From Candidatus Dormiibacterota bacterium (GTDB taxonomy: Bacteria > Chloroflexota > Dormibacteria > DASZGP01): a stretch of DNA of 64,000 nucleotides. Below are positions 19,615 to 28,888 of the stretch, in pieces (the first letter of the stretch is position 1; each line of letters opens with the position of its first letter). Made by a program: the position numbers and the translations under genes. Under the pieces are notes generated by a model, which was not told where the DNA came from, searched no databases, and worked only from the letters and a program-made list of their open reading frames with translations. The stretch lies in contig DAITAT010000001.1 in the NCBI GenBank assembly GCA_036824145.1, positions 42,427 to 106,426 of the forward strand, given 5' to 3'.

Positions 19615-20654
19615 CAGTTCTGGGGTTGTGGTCTTCAGACATGGGGATCGACCTCGGTACCGCCAACACTCTGGTGCACGTCCGCGGCCAGGGGATCGTC
19701 CTCAACGAGCCCTCGGTCGTGGCCATGTCCAAGCCCGGCAACGTGGTGCTGTCGGTTGGCGTCGAGGCGCGCAAGATGCTCGGTCGGACCCCTGCTGACA
19801 TCGTCGCCATGCGCCCCCTCAAGGACGGCGTCATCGCCGACTTCGACGTCACCGAGCAAATGATCAAGTACTTCATCGCCAAGGTGCACAACCGGAGCTG
19901 GCACATAAGCCGCCCGCGAACCGTGCTGGGCGTCCCCAGCGGTGTTACCGAGGTCGAGAAGCGCGCCGTCACCGACGCCGCCATCCACGCCGGCTGCCGC
20001 GAGGCCTACCTGGTGGAAGAGCCGATGGCGGCCGCGATCGGGGCCGGCCTGCCGATCCAGGAGGCCACCGGCTCGATGATCGTCGACATCGGTGGTGGCA
20101 CCAGTGAGGTCGCCGTCGTCTCGCTGGGCGGAATCGTAGCCAGCAAGTCGATCCGCATCGGCGGCGACGAGATGGACCAAGGCATCGTCCAGTTCGTCCG
20201 GCGCAACTTCAACTTGCTGATCGGGGATCGCACCGCCGAGGACATCAAGATCGCGATGGGCTCCGCCTACCCGCTGCCCGAGGACAAGAAGTTCCACGTC
20301 CGCGGCCGCGACCTCATGACCGGCCTGCCCAAGACGGTTGAGATGACCACGATCCAGGTTCGCGAGGCGCTTGCGGACGTGGTCGCGGCGATCGTCACGA
20401 CTGTCAAGGAGACCCTCGAGGAGACGCCACCGGAGCTGATCACCGACATCATGGACCGGGGCGTGATCCTGGCCGGGGGCGGGGCCCTGCTCCGCGGGCT
20501 GGATGAGCTCCTCGCCCACGAGACGATGATGCCGGTCTATGTTGCCGAGGACCCGCTGACGACGGTGGTTCGCGGCACCGGCCTGGTCCTGGAAGAGCTG
20601 GACACCCTGAAGCGGGTGGTGATCACCTCCCAGAAGGCCAAAGCCCTGCGTTAG
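19599..20654 (+). CDS. mreB: Rod shape-determining actin homologue MreB
   Basis: GIDLGTANTLV phosphate-1 motif, DIGGGTSEVAV; 351 aa. Confidence 0.9.
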   Translation: MSVIDSVLGLWSSDMGIDLGTANTLVHVRGQGIVLNEPSVVAMSKPGNVVLSVGVEARKMLGRTPADIVAMRPLKDGVIADFDVTEQMIKYFIAKVHNRSWHISRPRTVLGVPSGVTEVEKRAVTDAAIHAGCREAYLVEEPMAAAIGAGLPIQEATGSMIVDIGGGTSEVAVVSLGGIVASKSIRIGGDEMDQGIVQFVRRNFNLLIGDRTAEDIKIAMGSAYPLPEDKKFHVRGRDLMTGLPKTVEMTTIQVREALADVVAAIVTTVKETLEETPPELITDIMDRGVILAGGGALLRGLDELLAHETMMPVYVAEDPLTTVVRGTGLVLEELDTLKRVVITSQKAKALR

Positions 20655-20712
20655 CATCTCGGCCCTCGGCTGGGCCGGTTGGCCTTAATCCTCCGCTGTT
20701 AGCCTTGCTTCG

Positions 20713-21543
20713 GTGATGCGACGGGGCTCACAGATTCGAGCCAGTTCCTATTTCGTGATCGCGGTGGCGCTGGCCATCGTGCTCATCGGCGTGGGGCAGA
20801 GCCTTCGCTTTGACGCGGCACGCTCGGTGACCGCGACTGTGTTCGCCCCCTTGCAAGGGCTCGTCACGGGCGTCACCAACAGGGTGGGAGGAGCGTTTTC
20901 GACAGTGACGTCGATCGGCAGCCTCGCCGACCAGAACCGGCAACTCAAGCAGCAGGTGGCCGATCTCCAGCGCCAGCTCGGCGATCGGCAGCTGTCGGGC
21001 GTCACCGACCAGCAGCTGAGGGCGATGCTGGGCCTTCGCGACAACCTCCACATCCACACCGTCGCGGCCGAGGTCATCGGGTTGGACCCCGAAGCGCTGA
21101 CCCAGACGATCACCATCCATGCCGGCTCGAACCAGGGCATCCGTAAGGGAATGTCGGTCCTGGCGCAACATGGCCTGGTCGGCAGAGTCGTCTCGGTGCA
21201 GTCCAGCACCGCGGCGGTACGCCTCATCAGCGACGCCCAGCTCCCCGTCAACGTCGAGCTCGCCACCACCCACCTCGGGGGCACCGTCAAGGTCACCAAC
21301 GGCCAGCTGGTGGAGGAGATCTTGGGCGCCCCCACCGACCTCAAACTCAGCCGTGGCGATCTCCTGGTCACCTCGGGCCTGGGTGGCAACTACCCCAAGG
21401 GCCTGCCGGTGGCCGAGGTGGTCAAGTTCCAGTACAAGCCGGCCGAGATCACCCAGAGCGCGGAGGTGGCGCCCCTGGACGACCTCGCCCACCTCGAATA
21501 CGTGATCGTCGACACCGACTTCGCGCCGGAGGGCGGTCTTTGA
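20713..21543 (+). CDS. mreC: Rod shape-determining protein MreC
   Basis: N-terminal TM, coiled coil QNRQLKQQVADLQRQL, beta-rich C-terminus; position after mreB. Confidence 0.8.
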   Translation: MMRRGSQIRASSYFVIAVALAIVLIGVGQSLRFDAARSVTATVFAPLQGLVTGVTNRVGGAFSTVTSIGSLADQNRQLKQQVADLQRQLGDRQLSGVTDQQLRAMLGLRDNLHIHTVAAEVIGLDPEALTQTITIHAGSNQGIRKGMSVLAQHGLVGRVVSVQSSTAAVRLISDAQLPVNVELATTHLGGTVKVTNGQLVEEILGAPTDLKLSRGDLLVTSGLGGNYPKGLPVAEVVKFQYKPAEITQSAEVAPLDDLAHLEYVIVDTDFAPEGGL

Positions 21544-22043
21544 GTTCCTGGCTGGCGTTCCCCATTGTGGCCGTGCTGGCGGCGCTGCAGACTTCGATGG
21601 TGCCGCGGTTGGCGGTGGGCGGCGCCAGGCCTCAGCTGGTCCTGGTCTGGGTGGTCTGCTGGGCAGTCGTCAGGGGGAGGGGAGAGGCGATGTCGTGGGC
21701 GATCTTCGGTGGCCTGCTTCTCGACCTGCTCTCCCAGATGCCTCCCGGGGTCCACCTACTGGCTCTGACCGTCGTGGCCTTCGTCGCCGACCTCGGTCAC
21801 ACCGTGATGCAGGGCAGCACCGCCCTCTTCGCCGGCGCCGCGGTCTTCGCCGCCAGCCTGCTATACGGAATCGTGTTGGTGCTGGTCCTGGCCGCCACCG
21901 GCCATCCCTTGCCACTAGCCGACACCATCGTCCTCAGCGTGTTCCCCGGCGCCGTATACAACCTGGTGGTGCTGGTGCCGGTCTTCCTGATCCAGCGCGC
22001 CTATGATCGGCGTTTCCCGGTTTCGGTCCTGCCCGCGTGGTGA
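21540..22043 (+). CDS. mreD: Rod shape-determining protein MreD
   Basis: Small hydrophobic protein overlapping mreC stop and PBP2 start. Confidence 0.65.
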   Translation: MSSWLAFPIVAVLAALQTSMVPRLAVGGARPQLVLVWVVCWAVVRGRGEAMSWAIFGGLLLDLLSQMPPGVHLLALTVVAFVADLGHTVMQGSTALFAGAAVFAASLLYGIVLVLVLAATGHPLPLADTIVLSVFPGAVYNLVVLVPVFLIQRAYDRRFPVSVLPAW

Positions 22044-24106
22044 GGCGGCGCCGGCGCGAGCGGCGGATCATCGATCCCGGCAATCCCCGACCCCGGCTCT
22101 CCGCTGATGCCATGCACCCGATGGAGGACCCGTTCGCGCCCCGATCGGTGAGTCAGCAGGCCCTCGACCAACCGCTTTCGGCTCGGCTGCTGCTCGCCGG
22201 CTGTTTGCTGCTCGTCGGCTTCGCGGCTCTCGCCTACAACCTCTTCTCGCTCCAGGTCTCGCAGAATGCCGGCTTCTCTTCCTTGGCCGAAGGCAACCGC
22301 GTCCGCAAGGAGACGTTGCTCGCGCCCCGGGGCATCATCTTCGACCGGCACGGCGTCCAGCTGATCCAGAACGTGGGCAGTTTCGCCGTCGCCATCGTCC
22401 CCTTCGACCTCGCCAAGATCGGCGACGCCCGCAACCAGGAACTACAGAAGCTCCAGCAGCTGACCGGGATCTCGGCTGTCGAGATCCAGCGCCAGGCTGA
22501 CCTCAACAAGGCCGAGCTGTTCCAGCCGGTGGTGCTCAAGAAGAACCTCGACAATCAGACCTACCAGGCGGTCTCCGAGAACCTGCCCAACCTTCCCGGA
22601 GTTCGACTGCAGACCGACTCCACTCGCCACTACGTCGACGGCGTGGCTCTGTCGCACATCTTGGGCTACGTCGGCAAGCTCGACCCTGCCGAGTACAAGG
22701 CCCTCAAGGACAAGGGCTACCTGCTCAACGACCAGATCGGCAAGACCGGCCTCGAGTACCAGTCGGAGCAGTCCCTTCGCGGTTCGAGCGGGGTCAAGGT
22801 GATCGAGACCGATGCCCAGGGCCGCCAGGTCAAGACCATCTCGCAGTCGGATCCCACCCCCGGCGACAACGTTTACCTCAGCATCGACCTGGGTCTGCAG
22901 AAGGAGGTCGTCAGCCAACTCCAGCAGGCCATGGACGCCCAGCACCAGAAGCTCGGCGGCAACAAGGCGCTGGAGGGCGCCGCGATCGTGATGAACCCGC
23001 AGACGGGTGAGATCTACAGCATGGTGAGCCTGCCCGACTACAACCTCAACCAGTTCGCCGACGGCATCACGGTGGCGCAGTACCAGGCCCTCACCACCGA
23101 CCCCCGCCTGCCGCTTTTGGATCGAGCCATCAGCGGCCTCTACCCGCCGGGGTCAACCTTCAAGCCGGTCACAGCGTCGGCCGCGCTCCAGGCCGGCACC
23201 ATCAGCCGGGGCTCGAACATCTTCTGCCCTGGTTTCCTGCAGCGCGGCGCCACCCGTTTCAACTGCTGGCAGGGGGCCGGGCACGGCAACCAGGACGTGG
23301 TCCAGGCGATCGCCCACTCCTGCGACGTCTTCTTCTACACGGTCGCGGACCAGATGGGCGACAAGCTGCTCAACAAGTTCGCCCAGGACTTCGGCGTGGG
23401 GCGCAAGACGGGAATCGACCTCGGTGGCGAAGCCAAAGGCATCGCCCCGGATCGCGATTGGAAGAAGGTGTACTTCGCCGACGCCTACGCCTCCACCGGC
23501 GACCCCGGATGGCAGGACTCCAACTGGTACGAAGGCAACACCATCACCTACGGCATCGGCCAGAGCTACCTGCTGGTCACGCCGCTGCAGGACCTGCAGT
23601 GGACGGCGACGGTCGCCAACGGCGGCCACTACATGCGGCCACAGGTCACCAACCACATCACCAGCGCCACCGGCGCCATGGTCAAGGCCTTCCAGGCCAT
23701 CACCGACCACAACGTGGCGGTCTCGCCGCAGGTGCTCGCGATCATCCGAGAGGGACTGCGCTCCGCCGCCAGCCCGGGCGGAACGTCCGGCTTCATCTGG
23801 GTCGACAAGCAGTTCGCCAGCGTTCCCTCCCCGAGCGGGAAGACCGGGACCGCCCAGTACGGCACTCCCGACGCAAAGGGCAACTACGCGCTCCACGCCT
23901 GGTACACGGCCTACGCCCCCGCGGTCGACCCTGAGGTGGCCGTGATCACCTTCGTCGAGGGCGGCGGCGAGGGCCACGAAGGCGCATCGCCGGCAGCGGC
24001 CAAGATCCTCAGCTACTACTTCGCCCACCGCGATCAGATCCGCGCCACCACCTCCGCGCCCCCGGTGGCCACCGGCGTCGCCAGCCCGTACCGCCCGGGG
24101 GGCTGA
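22037..24106 (+). CDS. mrdA: Penicillin-binding protein 2 (elongasome transpeptidase)
   Basis: PBP dimerisation domain plus transpeptidase motifs STFK, SCD(V), KTGT; 689 aa. Confidence 0.85.
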   Translation: MVRRRRRERRIIDPGNPRPRLSADAMHPMEDPFAPRSVSQQALDQPLSARLLLAGCLLLVGFAALAYNLFSLQVSQNAGFSSLAEGNRVRKETLLAPRGIIFDRHGVQLIQNVGSFAVAIVPFDLAKIGDARNQELQKLQQLTGISAVEIQRQADLNKAELFQPVVLKKNLDNQTYQAVSENLPNLPGVRLQTDSTRHYVDGVALSHILGYVGKLDPAEYKALKDKGYLLNDQIGKTGLEYQSEQSLRGSSGVKVIETDAQGRQVKTISQSDPTPGDNVYLSIDLGLQKEVVSQLQQAMDAQHQKLGGNKALEGAAIVMNPQTGEIYSMVSLPDYNLNQFADGITVAQYQALTTDPRLPLLDRAISGLYPPGSTFKPVTASAALQAGTISRGSNIFCPGFLQRGATRFNCWQGAGHGNQDVVQAIAHSCDVFFYTVADQMGDKLLNKFAQDFGVGRKTGIDLGGEAKGIAPDRDWKKVYFADAYASTGDPGWQDSNWYEGNTITYGIGQSYLLVTPLQDLQWTATVANGGHYMRPQVTNHITSATGAMVKAFQAITDHNVAVSPQVLAIIREGLRSAASPGGTSGFIWVDKQFASVPSPSGKTGTAQYGTPDAKGNYALHAWYTAYAPAVDPEVAVITFVEGGGEGHEGASPAAAKILSYYFAHRDQIRATTSAPPVATGVASPYRPGG

Positions 24107-25215
24107 TGGCGGCTCCCGTGCCGCGCGAGCGGATCACTGTTTGGCGCCAATACGACTACGTCATGGGGCTGTTCCTGCTGATGGTCCTGGTCCTCGGCGC
24201 CACCGCCATCTTCAGCGCCGCTGGCACCGGGAATCGCATCGAGTTCGTTCGCCAGGTCATCTACATGGCGGTGGGCCTTGGCGTGCTGCTCTACTTCTCG
24301 CTCACCGACTACCGCTCCATGGGCCGTCTCTACGGCCTGACCTACGTGCTCATGCTTCTCCTGCTGGTGCTGGTTCGAGTCGCCGGCCACCAGGTGCTTG
24401 GGGCGCAGCGGGAGATCAACCTGGGCCTGTTCGAGCTGCAGGCTTCGGAGATTTCGAAGCTGCTGATCATCATCGTTTTGGCCCGCTTCTTCAACGTGCG
24501 GCGGGACCGGATTAGGAGCCCCATGACGCTCCTGCTCGCGCTCGCCATGGTGGCGCCGCCAACCCTTCTGATCCTGGCCCAGCCTGACCTCGGCACCGCC
24601 CTGGTCTACGTGGGGATCTTTCTTGGCATCTCCTTCATGGCGGGAGTGCCGAAGCGCTATTTGGTGACCCTGGTCCTGGCCTCGGCCGCGGCGTTGCCGC
24701 TGGTCGTCGGCCGCCTCCAGGGCTACCAGCAGCGGCGCCTGATCACCTTCCTCAACCCTGGCTCGGACCCCGCCGGCGCCGGCTACAACATCCTCCAGGC
24801 CAAGATCGCGGTGGGGTCGGGAGGACTCTTCGGTAAAGGCTTCCTCACCGGCACCCAGGGACAGCTGGGATTCGTTCCCAGCCGGGTCACCGACTTCATC
24901 TTTGCGATCTTCAGCGAGGAGTGGGGCTTCGTCGGCGCGATCATCCTGCTGGTGCTTTTCTGCGTCGTCCTGATGCGCCTGCTCCGAGCCGCGCACCTCG
25001 CCCGTGATTCCTTCGGGGCGCTTTTGGCGTTTGGCGTGGCGACCATGATCGCCTTCCAGGTGGTGGTCAACGTCGGAATGAACATCGGGGTGATGCCGGT
25101 GGTGGGCATCCCTCTACCCTTCATCTCATATGGCGGCAGTTCGATGCTGACCAACATGGCGGCGATCGGGATGGTGCAGAGCGTGATCATCCACCACAAG
25201 GACATGCTGTTCTAG
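24106..25215 (+). CDS. rodA: SEDS-family peptidoglycan glycosyltransferase RodA
   Basis: FtsW/RodA/SpoVE polytopic membrane signature, follows PBP2. Confidence 0.85.
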   Translation: MAAPVPRERITVWRQYDYVMGLFLLMVLVLGATAIFSAAGTGNRIEFVRQVIYMAVGLGVLLYFSLTDYRSMGRLYGLTYVLMLLLLVLVRVAGHQVLGAQREINLGLFELQASEISKLLIIIVLARFFNVRRDRIRSPMTLLLALAMVAPPTLLILAQPDLGTALVYVGIFLGISFMAGVPKRYLVTLVLASAAALPLVVGRLQGYQQRRLITFLNPGSDPAGAGYNILQAKIAVGSGGLFGKGFLTGTQGQLGFVPSRVTDFIFAIFSEEWGFVGAIILLVLFCVVLMRLLRAAHLARDSFGALLAFGVATMIAFQVVVNVGMNIGVMPVVGIPLPFISYGGSSMLTNMAAIGMVQSVIIHHKDMLF

Positions 25216-26150
25216 TGTCGCTGGATCGTCCATGGGGGTGTCGGAGGCTTGGCCCCCTTGGCGGCTTCGCGGTAGTTGCGGTGTTGATCCTGGGCAGTGC
25301 GCCGCTGAGCTCTTGCAGCTTCATCCCGGGCGCCATCAACCTGGTCGTGAAGCAGACCGACCTCAGCCCCAAATCCGGGCCCAAGGACTTCAAGACCATC
25401 GAGATCGAGATCGACAACTCCGGCTCTGGGGTGGCTCGAGGGATCGTCGTCAAGGACAGGCTGCCGACCGGGTTCACGTACGTCAGCACCAAGTCCATGA
25501 AAGGGGAGGCCATCCGGACCCGGACCAGCGACCCTCCCATCAACAGCCCCTCGCCCACCTGGTCCGCCTGGAGCATCCCCGGGGGCAGCAGCAGTAACCC
25601 ATCGACCCTGGTGCTCGATTTCGTGGTCGTCGTCAGCGCCGCCCCCGGCAAGACCCCCAACTTCGCCGAGGTGACCAGCGACGACACTGACCCGGTGGCG
25701 GCGCCGCCCCTGGTCCTGACGGTGCAACCCACCGCCGCGATGGAGTTGCAGGTGGCGGCGGCGCACAGTCGGGTGGCCCAGGGTCAGACCGCCCGTTACA
25801 CCGTCACTCTCCGCAACACCGGCACGGCCCCGGCCCAGGGCACCTTCATCTCCGCAACGCTCCCATCGGGCTTCGTCTACGTCAACACATTCGAGATCTC
25901 CGGGAACTCGGCTCGGATCGGCAGCACCAACCCGGTTGCCAAGAGCCTGCTGCCTTCCTGGGGGACGTGGGACGTGCCGGCGACGGAAGCCGGCAGCCCT
26001 GGGGGGACGCTTCGCATCGTTTTCGACGCCACCGTGGTCCCGGACGACGCCCCCGGCAGCTACCCCATCAGCGTGACGATCACCTACAACAACCTGCCCG
26101 CCCAGACTGTTGCCGACCAGGCTGTGATCATGGTGACCAAGAAGAGCTGA
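25215..26150 (+). CDS. Lipoprotein with two DUF11-type (CARDB-like) repeats
   Basis: GTG start overlapping rodA stop; lipobox LSSC; two repeats with TGF(T/V)YV... pattern. Confidence 0.55.
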   Translation: MSLDRPWGCRRLGPLGGFAVVAVLILGSAPLSSCSFIPGAINLVVKQTDLSPKSGPKDFKTIEIEIDNSGSGVARGIVVKDRLPTGFTYVSTKSMKGEAIRTRTSDPPINSPSPTWSAWSIPGGSSSNPSTLVLDFVVVVSAAPGKTPNFAEVTSDDTDPVAAPPLVLTVQPTAAMELQVAAAHSRVAQGQTARYTVTLRNTGTAPAQGTFISATLPSGFVYVNTFEISGNSARIGSTNPVAKSLLPSWGTWDVPATEAGSPGGTLRIVFDATVVPDDAPGSYPISVTITYNNLPAQTVADQAVIMVTKKS

Positions 26151-26175
26151 CCCACCTGTTGCGGGCGGGGGGCCA

Positions 26176-26184
26176 TGTTAGAAT
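26176..26184 (+). promoter_or_regulatory. Extended -10 promoter element TGTTAGAAT followed by GC-rich discriminator CGCCGC, upstream of rplU-rpmA-obg
   Basis: Identical 14-mer TGTTAGAATCGCCG recurs at 48544; 57 nt upstream of rplU start. Confidence 0.4.
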
Positions 26185-26240
26185 CGCCGCTCGCGCCACC
26201 TGACGTCCAAGCACGCATAGAGTTGGCCCGAATCAAAAAA

Positions 26241-26651
26241 ATGGAAGCAATCGTCAAGATCAGTGGCAAGCAGTACCGCGTCGCCGAGGGCGCACGCGTC
26301 ACGGTGGACCGGCTGGGGTCCAAGGTCGGCGACGAGCTGAGCTTCGGCGATGTCCTGCTGCTGACCGACGGCGCCCGGGCGACCGTGGGCACTCCCACCG
26401 TCGATGGGGCAGCCGTGACCGTTCGCGTGGTCGCGGCGACTCGGGGTCCCAAGCTGATCGTCTACAAGTACAAAGCTAAGAAGCGCTACCGCCGCACCCG
26501 AGGAGCACGCGCCGAGCAGAGCCTGCTCGAGGTGCTCACCGTCAAGGGACCGGGATCGAAGGCGAAGACCGCCAAGGCTGCAGCGCCCAAGGCCGCGCCC
26601 GATAAGCCCGCCAAGGCAAAGGCGAAGCCGGCCAAGGCCGAGAGCGAATAA
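26241..26651 (+). CDS. rplU: 50S ribosomal protein L21 with Lys/Ala/Pro-rich C-terminal tail
   Basis: MEAIVKISGKQYRVAEG... canonical L21 N-terminus; tail KAKTAKAAAPKAAPDKPAKAKAKPAKA. Confidence 0.9.
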   Translation: MEAIVKISGKQYRVAEGARVTVDRLGSKVGDELSFGDVLLLTDGARATVGTPTVDGAAVTVRVVAATRGPKLIVYKYKAKKRYRRTRGARAEQSLLEVLTVKGPGSKAKTAKAAAPKAAPDKPAKAKAKPAKAESE

Positions 26652-26654
26652 GCG

Positions 26655-26984
26655 ATGGCACACAAGAAAGGTGGGGGTAGTTCCCGCAACGGCCGCGACA
26701 GCAACGCCCAGCGCCTGGGCGTGAAGCGCTTCGGTGGCGAGCAAGTCACGGGCGGCACCATCATCGTGCGTCAGCGCGGAACGCGGATCCACCCTGGAGA
26801 GAACGTCGGCCTGGGTCGCGACCACACGCTGTTCGCCCTCACCGACGGCACCGTGACCTTCGCCGATTTCGGCGACGACCGCAAACGCGTCAGCATCACC
26901 CCGGTGGCCACCGGCGCCTCGTCGCCGAGCTCGACCGAGCCCGCCCGCAAGGCCGAGAAGGCAACCACCGCGAAGCCGGCGTAG
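26655..26984 (+). CDS. rpmA: 50S ribosomal protein L27 with C-terminal extension
   Basis: [28 protein letters not shown] canonical L27. Confidence 0.9.
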   Translation: MAHKKGGGSSRNGRDSNAQRLGVKRFGGEQVTGGTIIVRQRGTRIHPGENVGLGRDHTLFALTDGTVTFADFGDDRKRVSITPVATGASSPSSTEPARKAEKATTAKPA

Positions 26985-26999
26985 AGCGCCGGGTTCCCG

Positions 27000-28268
27000 T
27001 TGTTCCTGGACGAGGTCCGGATCCGCGTGCGCTCGGGCGCCGGGGGATCCGGCGCCATGACATTTCGACGCGACAAGTACGTCCCCCGTGGCGGGCCTGA
27101 TGGCGGTGATGGCGGTCGCGGCGGCGACGTCATCCTGGTCGCCAGCCAGGGCTTGACCAGCCTCTCTCATTTCAAGGGCCGACGGCTGCTGGCGGCGCGG
27201 AGTGGTGGCGCGGGTGCGCGCAACCTTCGCCACGGGGCCGCCGCCGACCCCGTCCGGGTGCTGGTTCCACTCGGAACCTCCGTCAAAGATGCCGAGAGAG
27301 AGGAGCTGATCGGGGAGCTGAACCGCGACGGCGAGGAGCTCATGGTTGCTCGCGGTGGGCGCGGCGGCAGGGGCAACTCGCACTTCGCCGACAGCAAGAA
27401 CCAGGCCCCCCGGTACGCCGAGCTAGGCACCCCGGCGGAGGAGAAGGAGATCATCCTGGAGCTGCGGCTGATCGCCGACGTCGGCTTCGTCGGCGCTCCC
27501 AACGCCGGCAAGTCGACACTGCTCGCGGGGCTGACCGCGGCAACTCCCCGCATCGCCAGCTATCCCTTCACCACCCTCGAGCCCAATCTTGGCGTGGTCG
27601 CCTTCGAGGACGGCGACCGCCTCATCCTGGCCGACGTGCCGGGCCTGATCGAGGGCGCTTCAGAAGGCGTGGGGTTGGGAACCGAGTTTCTCAAGCATCT
27701 CGTCAAGACTGCCGTCCTGGTCCACGTGGTCGATGCTTCGCTGTCTCCGATCGAAGCCAGGGGCAGCTACAACCAGGTCGTCGAGGAGTTGCGCCGGTAC
27801 CATCCCGAGCTACCCGAACGGGTCCGGGTGGTCGCCCTCAACAAGCTCGACCTGCCCGGGGCCGACCTGACTGCTCGCCGCCTGGCCAAAGACCTGGGGG
27901 CCGAGGGGCTTATCTGCCACAAGGTTTCCGCGCGCGAGGGGCAGGGCCTCGAGGAGCTGCTGCGGTCGATCCGTGAAGCCGCGACCAGCGGCCGCCGGCC
28001 GCGGCCGCCCGCGCTGCGCATCTATCACCCGGAGGCAACCCAGGCCAAGGTTCGGGTCACGCTCCAGGACGACGCCTACCTTGTCAAGGGCAAGAACGTC
28101 GAGGCGATCGTGGCCCGGACTGACATCAACAACCCCGAAGCACTCACCCAGATGCGCCGGCAGCTCGACGCCATCGGTCTGCGCCAGGCGCTGCTCGATG
28201 CCGGGGCCGGCGTCGGTGACACGGTGCTGATCGGGAAAGTGGAGTTTCTCTTTGACCCCGACCTCTGA
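27000..28268 (+). CDS. obg: GTPase Obg/CgtA
   Basis: MFLDEVRIRVRSGAGG... glycine-rich Obg fold, G-domain motifs GAPNAGKST, DVPG, NKLD. Confidence 0.95.
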   Translation: MFLDEVRIRVRSGAGGSGAMTFRRDKYVPRGGPDGGDGGRGGDVILVASQGLTSLSHFKGRRLLAARSGGAGARNLRHGAAADPVRVLVPLGTSVKDAEREELIGELNRDGEELMVARGGRGGRGNSHFADSKNQAPRYAELGTPAEEKEIILELRLIADVGFVGAPNAGKSTLLAGLTAATPRIASYPFTTLEPNLGVVAFEDGDRLILADVPGLIEGASEGVGLGTEFLKHLVKTAVLVHVVDASLSPIEARGSYNQVVEELRRYHPELPERVRVVALNKLDLPGADLTARRLAKDLGAEGLICHKVSAREGQGLEELLRSIREAATSGRRPRPPALRIYHPEATQAKVRVTLQDDAYLVKGKNVEAIVARTDINNPEALTQMRRQLDAIGLRQALLDAGAGVGDTVLIGKVEFLFDPDL

Positions 28269-28863
28269 GATGAAGCGCATCGGAGTGTTCGGCGGTACCT
28301 TCGATCCGATTCATCGCGGACATCTGGAGGTCGCCGAGGCGTGCGCCCACAGGCTCGACCTCGACCCCGTGTTGATGATCCCCTCCAGCCAGCCGTCGCA
28401 CCGGCCGGCGCCCCGGGCATCGGCGGCCGACCGCCTGGCGATGGTCGAGTTGGCGGTCCAGGGTCGGAGGCCGCTGCTCGCCATTGACATAGAGGTACGC
28501 CGTGGCGGGGTCTCCTACACCGTTGACACCGTCCGGGCGTTGGCCGAGATGTACCCCGACGCCGAGCTGGTCCTGCTGCTGGGCAGGGACGCCGCCGCCG
28601 ACTTTCACGACTGGCACGAGGCAGCGATGATCGGCGGGCTGGCACGGATCGCGGTCTTCAATCGAGCCGGGTCAACACCCCCGGGTGCCGGCCTCGAGGG
28701 CCTGGAGCTGCCGGCTGACGCGCTCTACCTCGAAGTCCCCTCACCGTCAGTTTCTGCCACCTCGGTCCGCGAGGCTCTCAGCCAGGACAGCAGCGGTGCC
28801 AGCTTCCTACCAGAAGTGGTGGCGGCTTACATCCGCGAGCACGACTTGTATCGAAACACATAG
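28252..28863 (+). CDS. nadD: Nicotinate-nucleotide adenylyltransferase
   Basis: IGVFGGTFDPIHRGHL (H/T)xGH nucleotidyltransferase motif. Confidence 0.9.
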   Translation: MTPTSEMKRIGVFGGTFDPIHRGHLEVAEACAHRLDLDPVLMIPSSQPSHRPAPRASAADRLAMVELAVQGRRPLLAIDIEVRRGGVSYTVDTVRALAEMYPDAELVLLLGRDAAADFHDWHEAAMIGGLARIAVFNRAGSTPPGAGLEGLELPADALYLEVPSPSVSATSVREALSQDSSGASFLPEVVAAYIREHDLYRNT

Positions 28864-28888
28864 TGCGCCTGTGTCATAATCCCGCCGA

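Noticed and set aside
26175-26240. ATG-initiated N-terminal extension of rplU in the ORF track (MLESPLAPPDV...)
   Set aside because: The ATG lies inside the TGTTAGAAT promoter element. Canonical L21 begins at MEAIVKISGKQYRV (26241).
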